Source: Bifidobacterium breve (GTDB lineage: Bacteria; Actinomycetota; Acidimicrobiia; Acidimicrobiales; Ilumatobacteraceae). Taken from it: a DNA stretch of 42,657 nt. Position 1 is the stretch's first letter; every line of letters begins with the position of its first letter. Under the pieces are notes generated by a model. The model ran no database searches, was not told the DNA's origin, and worked only from the letters and a program-made list of their open reading frames with translations. The stretch lies in NCBI GenBank assembly GCA_945896935.1, contig CAMDER010000001.1, positions 1 to 42,657 of the forward strand, in the 5' to 3' direction. Both the position numbers and the translations under genes were made by a program. Shown piece after piece: positions 37,701 to 42,657 of this stretch.

Positions 37701-38049
37701 TTGGTCAAGTCCGACTCAAGAATTGCCGGCTGGTCGATTCCATATGGGAGTTCCGTTTGATTCTCGATGGACTCTGTCGATTGGCGGTCAGTCCATCCAA
37801 CCCCAAGCATCCTTCGGAACAGTGATGCATTACGAAACAGGTGTTGGCGGGCTTGCTCAATTGAATTACTCCAACCCACTGAGTCGCTATCTGTGGGTCG
37901 TCATGCAACTGTTGTTGTGGGCCATTGTCATCGTCGGGATATTGCAACCAAACTGGCGCCGTCGTCAAGCTCGTCAACAATTTGCTGTACCCGAAATGCA
38001 GCCGGTTGTTTCTTTGTCGGGCAACAATTCAGAAACGGTTGAATCATGA
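34792..38049 (+). CDS. Fusion protein: N-terminal GT2 (GT-A) glycosyltransferase + large polytopic membrane domain + extracytoplasmic domain + terminal TM segment (1085 aa)
   Basis: The GT-A part has VVAIVVDRP, VAQDYPNIQVLVL, FFLVMHDDVVL and FFGEDLDLCWRAHKSGARVVVVP. Many hydrophobic segments follow over aa ~290-770. Next comes a hydrophilic stretch of ~260 aa, then a last TM segment YLWVVMQLLLWAIVIVGIL followed by RRRQARQQ. Confidence 0.85.
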   Translation: MENEMESTLSAATSSSETSGLGAPGVVVAIVVDRPTSTLEGVLAAVVAQDYPNIQVLVLLTGSEVDEYALVNDIAQTAFATTNIPQPHIYQLGANPGFGLAANTALRLVEGDSGFFLVMHDDVVLAADSVRILVEELYRSNAGMVGPKFVEWEETRRLQAVGFDCDWFGELDSDVEPHELDQEQHDAVRDVFVLPSACFLIRADLFRELGGFEPTIEFFGEDLDLCWRAHKSGARVVVVPAATVRHQAAIMPRLASRHRESVALARQAERHRITTVASLTGARRLPIVLPLLVLLSLFEAIGALVRGRWQRAIAVLGGLFSLVTNIGNIARRRSRVRLLRRVPDHEVVELQVRGSVRWKRMIRHRRFAPSMNFRTQGNASRERNSWVMTAWVVLAVLLFLGGRQLWSNGVRSVGDLLPLPESPRDLLHQYLSGWWAQDLGSTTAQPTSTGLIALGGVITLGHMGLLHTLITIGLIPIGWLGVSALCAVVAHERARIVGVIAYAAVPLPYAAVASGRHQVLIAYAVVPWALHLIRSFGGIGRSIVDDEPGDVVDHPSTKQRIRLAAKLSLLFGVTLAFSPSVVFVVLLSALLWLLTAAISGGSTRAAGLGFAGAISATAAAVVLNMPWITRYLSHDGWSAIVGAPTHTPENLGLWDVLRFGIGPAALGGLIVLLYVPLLVAPLVSKNSRFIWASRAAILSIVSVSLAVLNSGNHLPFRLPETGILLAPVASCMAIGAAIIVMAFGIDVRGGRFGWRQPLALLSLVTLPLGLLPVVAASSNGQWEQPSITLAQQMKELLGDTSQGSYRVLVIGDPRLVTSDQHPYDDGLAYAVVQNGDMTMVNQVSSMPDDTDNLIRPLLDAVAMGSTNRVGRLMAPLGIRYIVIPLFDRVRSTSDSPLPLPLGLREAFAEQLDFRNVYGPSSMVIFENSQWIPLTGMLSAVAAQQSSEGGSEALVATELTGSLAALNGVKSWSSPTQELPAGRFHMGVPFDSRWTLSIGGQSIQPQASFGTVMHYETGVGGLAQLNYSNPLSRYLWVVMQLLLWAIVIVGILQPNWRRRQARQQFAVPEMQPVVSLSGNNSETVES

Positions 38050-39497
38050 ATCGGCGAATCGGTTTGTATGTTGCTCTTATATTGATTGTCGGATTAGCAA
38101 TTAACTTTTCAGGCGAATCGAGCAATACAAGCGATGCGGTGTTCTCTAATTCGGTATTGCCAGGTACGCCCGCAATTATGCGGAACGACCAATCGGTGAC
38201 GAACACTTGGTTTTGCGCAGGAACTTCGGCGGCAGGAGAAAGCGACAACGGCACGTACGGTGGCGAAGTTGTTATCTCTAATCCGCTGAAAACTCCAGTG
38301 ACTGGTTTATTGACAATTTTGACGAGTGATCAAGCGCCAATCACCCAAGCGATTAACGCTGAACCCCGCTCGCAACTAGTGATAGACATCAACTCATTGG
38401 TTGTAGCCCCGTATGCAAGTGCTTTCGTTGAACTCAATGATTCGGCAGCCAGCGTTGAGCAACGGGCTTTGCATCCTGCTGGTGCAGCGGTTTCTCCTTG
38501 CGCGAATCAAACATCTGATCAGTGGTATTTCGCTGATGGATTTTCGGCTGAGTCATCAGACTTTCGATTGATCTTGACGAATCCGTACTTGTCGCCAGCG
38601 ATTGTCAATATTGAGGTTGCAACTAAAAATGGTGAACGTACGCCGACGAATCTTCAAGGATTTGTTGTTCCCGCTGAATCAATTCGAGTTCTGAACATTC
38701 CCGAATCTGGATTTCGAGATGAGGAGATTTTGGCCATAAGCGTTGTTGCCTCATCTGGTCGAATCGTGGCAGCAAAAGATCAGCACTACTTAGGTGCGGG
38801 ACGCCTCGGTCATGTCTTGACTTTGGGGAGTCCATCAACATCAGATCAGTGGTGGTTTGCTGATGGCGAAAAGGGCGCGGGCATCTCCGAAACGTACATG
38901 ATCTATAATCCAACCGATCAAGATGCCTTGGCAGATGTCGTGATTCTTGGCCTCGACCCGGCATTCGCATCAATACAGCCGACAACTTTGACGATCCCTG
39001 CTCACGATGTCGTCCCATTTGATGTTTCAGCAATTGTGGGGTTGCTCGATGGGCCTCACGGGGGAGCAGTCAGCGGTCAGGCGGGTGCGCAGTTAGTCGT
39101 TGAGCGCATACTGACCAAGCCGGCTGGTACGAGTGTGGCGACGACTGCAGTACTTGGAGTTCAACGAGGTTTTCAATCCATGCGGTGGAGCGTTCCAACT
39201 TCAACAACGATTGCGATTGAAGATGTATTAATTGTTCTCAATACATCGCCCACTGATGGAGTTGTCACTGTCTACTCGGTAGGACCAGGTGGTGAAGAAC
39301 CAGTTGCTGGTCTGAGCGATATCCCCATTGCTGCCAACGGTTTGCTATCGATTGACTTGGTCGATCCGTTGTCGTTTGGACGTGAACTAGAAGTCGTGAG
39401 TGATCAGTTGATTCTGGTCGAGCGGCGACTTGAACGAACCCCAACTTTGCGTGGGCGAAGTGGTTCATTGGCTTTTCCTGAAATGCCGGCATCGTGA
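38046..39497 (+). CDS. DUF5719-like signal-anchored protein with four ~105-aa repeat modules
   Basis: ATGA overlap with the upstream stop. N-terminal anchor RRIGLYVALILIVGLAI. Module openers are WFCAGT (aa 55), WYFADG (aa 160), WWFADG (aa 269) and RWSVPT (~aa 380). Each is followed by a VVISNP / LILTNP / MIYNPT / IVLNTS strand. Confidence 0.7.
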   Translation: MNRRIGLYVALILIVGLAINFSGESSNTSDAVFSNSVLPGTPAIMRNDQSVTNTWFCAGTSAAGESDNGTYGGEVVISNPLKTPVTGLLTILTSDQAPITQAINAEPRSQLVIDINSLVVAPYASAFVELNDSAASVEQRALHPAGAAVSPCANQTSDQWYFADGFSAESSDFRLILTNPYLSPAIVNIEVATKNGERTPTNLQGFVVPAESIRVLNIPESGFRDEEILAISVVASSGRIVAAKDQHYLGAGRLGHVLTLGSPSTSDQWWFADGEKGAGISETYMIYNPTDQDALADVVILGLDPAFASIQPTTLTIPAHDVVPFDVSAIVGLLDGPHGGAVSGQAGAQLVVERILTKPAGTSVATTAVLGVQRGFQSMRWSVPTSTTIAIEDVLIVLNTSPTDGVVTVYSVGPGGEEPVAGLSDIPIAANGLLSIDLVDPLSFGRELEVVSDQLILVERRLERTPTLRGRSGSLAFPEMPAS

Positions 39498-39958
39498 CCA
39501 GTGTGGTTATTGCTCTAGTCATTGGTGCCGTTGTGGTAGTAGCGGCAATGGTTATTCGACAAAGGCGCGTTGTTGATGCTCCAACGCAAAAAGTTTTTTC
39601 TGCTCCAACTCAGATTGACCGAACTGACTTTCCAACTTCCCAACACGAGTGGATGATTGCGGTGTTTACCTCGGCGACCTGTCACGCATGCGCAGATATG
39701 TTGGCGAAGGCTCAAGTTGTAGCCAGCAAGAATGTGTCAGTTATTGAAATTGAATATTCCAACAAAAAGGATTTGCACCGCAAATACAACATTGAGGCAG
39801 TGCCGACGGTGGTGGTGACTGATGTTCACGGCATCGTTCATAAGTCATTTCTTGGGCCAGTGAGTGCGACTGATTTATGGGCAGGAATTGCGTCGGTTCG
39901 TGACCCGCAACTGCATGCTGCAACTGATGGGCATTGTCAAAATCACGATCACGATTAA
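39494..39958 (+). CDS. Membrane-anchored thioredoxin-fold protein (CxxC = CHAC)
   Basis: GTGA overlap with the upstream stop. One TM segment (VVIALVIGAVVVVAAMVI). WMIAVFTSATCHACADM plus a downstream AVPTVVV (cis-Pro position) fit a thioredoxin-like fold. Confidence 0.55.
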   Translation: MTSVVIALVIGAVVVVAAMVIRQRRVVDAPTQKVFSAPTQIDRTDFPTSQHEWMIAVFTSATCHACADMLAKAQVVASKNVSVIEIEYSNKKDLHRKYNIEAVPTVVVTDVHGIVHKSFLGPVSATDLWAGIASVRDPQLHAATDGHCQNHDHD

Positions 39959-39981
39959 GCGATCGTCACTTCGTTATTTCG

Positions 39982-42024
39982 TCAGTCGTTGACGCTCACT
40001 GGAGACTGTGCCGTACCGTCAAGACCTTGTTGCACTAATGCATTGACAAGGTCGCCGTCAATCGTTTCTTTTTCAAGCAGTGCTTGAGCAACGAGGTCAA
40101 GGCCGATGCGGTGCTTGGTCAGTAGTTCAGTTGCCCGAACTTCTTGTTTGCGCAAAATGGCGTTGATTTCCTCATCCATCAAACGGGCGGTGTCGTCGCT
40201 GTATTCACGACCACCAGTCATGAGATCTTCACCAAGGAAGACATTTTGTTGATTGTGCCAAGCCATCGGGCCGACCTTGTCACTCATACCCCACTCGCGC
40301 ACCATGCGACGAGCAAGGCCAGTGACTACTTCGAGGTCGTTTGAAGCTCCGGTCGTTTGCTGCTGGAAAACGAGATCTTCGGCGACGCGTCCACCGAGCG
40401 CCATACAGATGCGATCAAGGATGTAGTCCTTGGAGAAGCTGTGGCGCTCTTCGGGAAGTGTTTGGGTGACTCCGAGGGCCATACCACGGGGAAGAATTGT
40501 GACCTTGTGTAACGCGTCTCCATGTGGCAACACCGTTGCTAAAATTGCATGGCCACCTTCGTGGTATGCCGTGACGCGTTTTTCTTCAGCAGACAAAATA
40601 AGTGAGTCGCGACGGGCCCCCATCATGATGCGATCTCTGGCCGACTCAAAGTCGATGCGCTCAATTTGAGCGCTGGCTCGACGAACTGCGAACAGTGCTG
40701 CCTCATTCACCAAGTTGGCGAGGTCGGCACCACTCATACCAGGAGTTCCCTTGGCCATCGTGTCGAGGTCAACATCGGGTCCCATGCGCTTATCGCGGCT
40801 ATGCACACGCAAGATTGCCGCGCGCTCTTCAAACTCGGGGAGCGGAACCACGATCTGACGATCAAAACGACCAGGACGAAGCAATGCTGGGTCGAGTACA
40901 TCGGGTCGGTTGGTGGCCGCCAAAATGACGATGCCTTCGGAAGTTTCAAACCCGTCCATCTCGGACAGCATTTGGTTCAGGGTTTGCTCACGCTCGTCGT
41001 GACCTCCGCCAAGACCGGCTCCACGCTTGCGACCAATCGAGTCAATTTCGTCAATGAAAATGATGGCTTTACCCATCTTGCGGGCCTGCTGGAATAAGTC
41101 GCGGACGCGGCTGGCACCAACACCGACAAACATTTCCATGAAGTCAGAGCCGGTGACTGACAAGAAGCCAACACCAGCTTCTCCCGCAACGGCTCGGGCA
41201 AACAATGTCTTGCCAGTTCCTGGCGGACCAACAAGCAACATTCCCTTCGGAACTTTGGCACCAATTTCTTTGAAACGTTCGGGCATGCGCAAGAAATCGA
41301 CGACTTCTTTGATTTCTGTTTTGACGCCTTCGTAGCCAGCGATGTCGGCGAAAGTCGTTGATGGACGACTGGCGTCGTAGGCCTTGGCACGACTGCGACC
41401 AATTGACATCATGTTGCCCATTTGCCCAGAGGCTCGTTTATTCATCCACATCAAAAAGCCGATGATCAAAATGAATGGCAACAAGAGAGGAATGAGATTC
41501 ATGACCCAATTTGATTGGGGAGTACTCGGCTTGAAATCGACACCTTGAGTTCGCAGCAACTCACGGTCGAGTTCGTTGGGGAATCCAGGAGGAGCGGTCG
41601 TTGAAAAAGAACTGCCATCAGTGAATGTTCCGGTGATGGTCAGTGTTGCGTTATTCAACTTGACTTCATCAACCTTGCCACTGGTGACCTGCGTGATGAA
41701 TTCTTCAAAACCCAATTTCTCACGATCGGGACTAGGAAGAAGTTGCGGTCCGAAAATCAGCACCAAGATCAGACCAAGCAGTACCCACGGTGACCACTTG
41801 GGCATCGAGGGACGTCCAGAGGGTTTGCCGTCTGGACTTGGACTGTCTTTGGGCGATTGCGAGCGACCCAACTTGCGACTGGGGCTATTGCTCGACGGTG
41901 ACGCGGGCGATGGTGGCGGAGGGGGAGGAGTGGGCTCGCTCATTCCGCCATGATACGACCGAGTAGCGACACTCGGAGTGTCGGGCACCGTTGAGTTTGG
42001 GCGTCTCGGCGTCTGAGAAGTCAC
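39982..42024 (-). CDS. ftsH: ATP-dependent zinc metalloprotease FtsH
   Basis: Two TM segments, Walker A GPPGTGKT, Walker [33 protein letters not shown] and zinc site HEGGHA. It has a Pro/Ser-rich N-terminal extension of ~85 aa. The GTG start at 42024 is uncertain. Confidence 0.95.
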   Translation of the reverse strand: MTSQTPRRPNSTVPDTPSVATRSYHGGMSEPTPPPPPPSPASPSSNSPSRKLGRSQSPKDSPSPDGKPSGRPSMPKWSPWVLLGLILVLIFGPQLLPSPDREKLGFEEFITQVTSGKVDEVKLNNATLTITGTFTDGSSFSTTAPPGFPNELDRELLRTQGVDFKPSTPQSNWVMNLIPLLLPFILIIGFLMWMNKRASGQMGNMMSIGRSRAKAYDASRPSTTFADIAGYEGVKTEIKEVVDFLRMPERFKEIGAKVPKGMLLVGPPGTGKTLFARAVAGEAGVGFLSVTGSDFMEMFVGVGASRVRDLFQQARKMGKAIIFIDEIDSIGRKRGAGLGGGHDEREQTLNQMLSEMDGFETSEGIVILAATNRPDVLDPALLRPGRFDRQIVVPLPEFEERAAILRVHSRDKRMGPDVDLDTMAKGTPGMSGADLANLVNEAALFAVRRASAQIERIDFESARDRIMMGARRDSLILSAEEKRVTAYHEGGHAILATVLPHGDALHKVTILPRGMALGVTQTLPEERHSFSKDYILDRICMALGGRVAEDLVFQQQTTGASNDLEVVTGLARRMVREWGMSDKVGPMAWHNQQNVFLGEDLMTGGREYSDDTARLMDEEINAILRKQEVRATELLTKHRIGLDLVAQALLEKETIDGDLVNALVQQGLDGTAQSPVSVND

Positions 42025-42048
42025 AGTCGCCTGATGACCTCGGGTCCA

Positions 42049-42084
42049 GTCAGTCAGCTAGTCAGTCGGTCAGTCAGCTAGTTA
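42049..42084. repeat. Tetranucleotide (GTCA-like) microsatellite / imperfect 20-nt direct repeat
   Basis: GTCA GTCA GCTA GTCA GTCG GTCA GTCA GCTA GTTA. The 12-mer GTCAGTCAGCTA occurs at 42049-42060 and again at 42069-42080. It lies in the divergent ftsH / DUF3499 spacer. Confidence 0.9.
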
Positions 42085-42128
42085 GGGCTATCCACCACAG
42101 GCACTCATAAATCCCCTACCTTTTTGAG

Positions 42129-42356
42129 ATGCGTTCGTGCACTCGTAGTGGCTGTCGGGAGACCGCCCACATTTCTCTCACGTTTCAGTACAACACATCG
42201 GTGATTTGGATTAACCACATCCAAGATGAAAGAGATATGCACGTCTACGAATTGTGTGACAAGCATTGGCAACGTTTTGCCCCGCCGAATGGCTGGACTC
42301 TTGATGATCGGCGTCGGGCCGAAGTCCTTCCTTTCGTACATCGCTTGGCTGGCTAA
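42129..42356 (+). CDS. DUF3499-family small protein (Rv3258c-like)
   Basis: MRSCTRSGCRETAHISLTFQYNTS...YELCDKHWQRFAPPNGWTLDDRR fits the C-x4-C ... LC-x2-H ... P-x-GW pattern of DUF3499. Confidence 0.75.
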   Translation: MRSCTRSGCRETAHISLTFQYNTSVIWINHIQDERDMHVYELCDKHWQRFAPPNGWTLDDRRRAEVLPFVHRLAG

Positions 42357-42364
42357 CTCGGTCA

Positions 42365-42657
42365 ATGACGCGATCTCATCCGGCGACTAACGCCACCCGC
42401 TTTACGGTTGGCGTTGCGGCTTTTGCTTGGTTTTTGGCTTATGTTGCGGCATTGCCATTACAAGGCGTACTGATTTCACTGACGGGTCACGGCGGCGAGA
42501 AATCGGACACTTGGCCTATATCAATGACGGTTTTGTCGATCTTTTGTTTGTGGATCCCGTTTGTCGCCATGCTCATGATTGTCAGTCGACGCTGGGGGCA
42601 GGGTCATTTTCAAGACGATTATAAAATTCGGACGCGTTGGATTGACCTTGCAGGATT
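42365..42657 (+). CDS. Membrane protein, CPBP (CAAX-protease)-like N-terminus; 3' end runs off the window
   Basis: Not in the ORF track. ATG 42365 gives MTRSHPATNATRFTVGVAAFAWFLAYVAALPLQGVLISL...VLSIFCLWIPFVAMLMIVSRRWGQGHFQDDYKIRTRWIDLAG, open to the window end. The family call is tentative. Confidence 0.5.
   Translation, partial: MTRSHPATNATRFTVGVAAFAWFLAYVAALPLQGVLISLTGHGGEKSDTWPISMTVLSIFCLWIPFVAMLMIVSRRWGQGHFQDDYKIRTRWIDLAG

Noticed and set aside
40666-41402. ORFs 40666-41097(+), 40977-41402(-, alternate frame) and 41027-41335(+) inside ftsH.
   Set aside because: The ftsH frame carries Walker A/B, SRH and HEGGH motifs throughout; the others are shadows.
42427-42624. 65-aa plus-strand track ORF near the right edge.
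   Set aside because: It is in a different frame from the ORF opened at ATG 42365, which has a plausible membrane-protein sequence and remains open to the window end.

Overview
A 42.7-kb, densely coding chromosomal segment with clearly actinobacterial gene content: WhiB, a tandem PafB/PafC-like HTH-WYL pair, PIN-PhoH2, HU plus a Lys/Ala-repeat protein, F420 genes cofC/cofD/cofE, DUF3499 and a DUF5719-like protein. I count about 45 protein-coding genes, and many are linked by 1-4 nt start/stop overlaps. I saw no rRNA, tRNA, CRISPR array, integrase, transposase or prophage signature. Two real genes run off the window edges and are therefore missing from the supplied ORF track: a CocE/NonD lipoprotein at 1..1994(-) and a CPBP-like membrane protein at 42365..42657(+). 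The left half (1-22.9 kb) is mostly housekeeping: M20 peptidase, argG, L,D-transpeptidase, bioY, rarD, pgi, pafBC-like, DnaQ-like exonuclease, whiB, phoH2, hup, gpsA. The right half (22.9-40 kb) is a cell-envelope glycan locus with four GT4 genes, GDP-mannose pyrophosphorylase, gmd, a Wzx-like flippase, and cofD/cofE embedded among them. It ends in a translationally coupled trio: a 1085-aa GT2-fused polytopic membrane protein, a four-module DUF5719-like exoprotein, and a membrane-anchored CxxC thioredoxin-fold protein. That trio is my best candidate for an uncharacterised system. Other notable points are listed here. (1) HU and its Lys/Ala histone-like tail are encoded as two separate genes. 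(2) An SDR epimerase homologue lacks the whole Ser/Tyr/Lys catalytic set. (3) CofE is single-domain. (4) A 447-aa orphan protein is coupled to gpsA. (5) A 26-codon micro-ORF overlaps the phoH2 start. (6) Several short repeat or palindrome arrays sit in regulatory spacers. All family calls come from motif recognition by eye; no database search or computation was possible. Synteny statements about M. tuberculosis are from memory.
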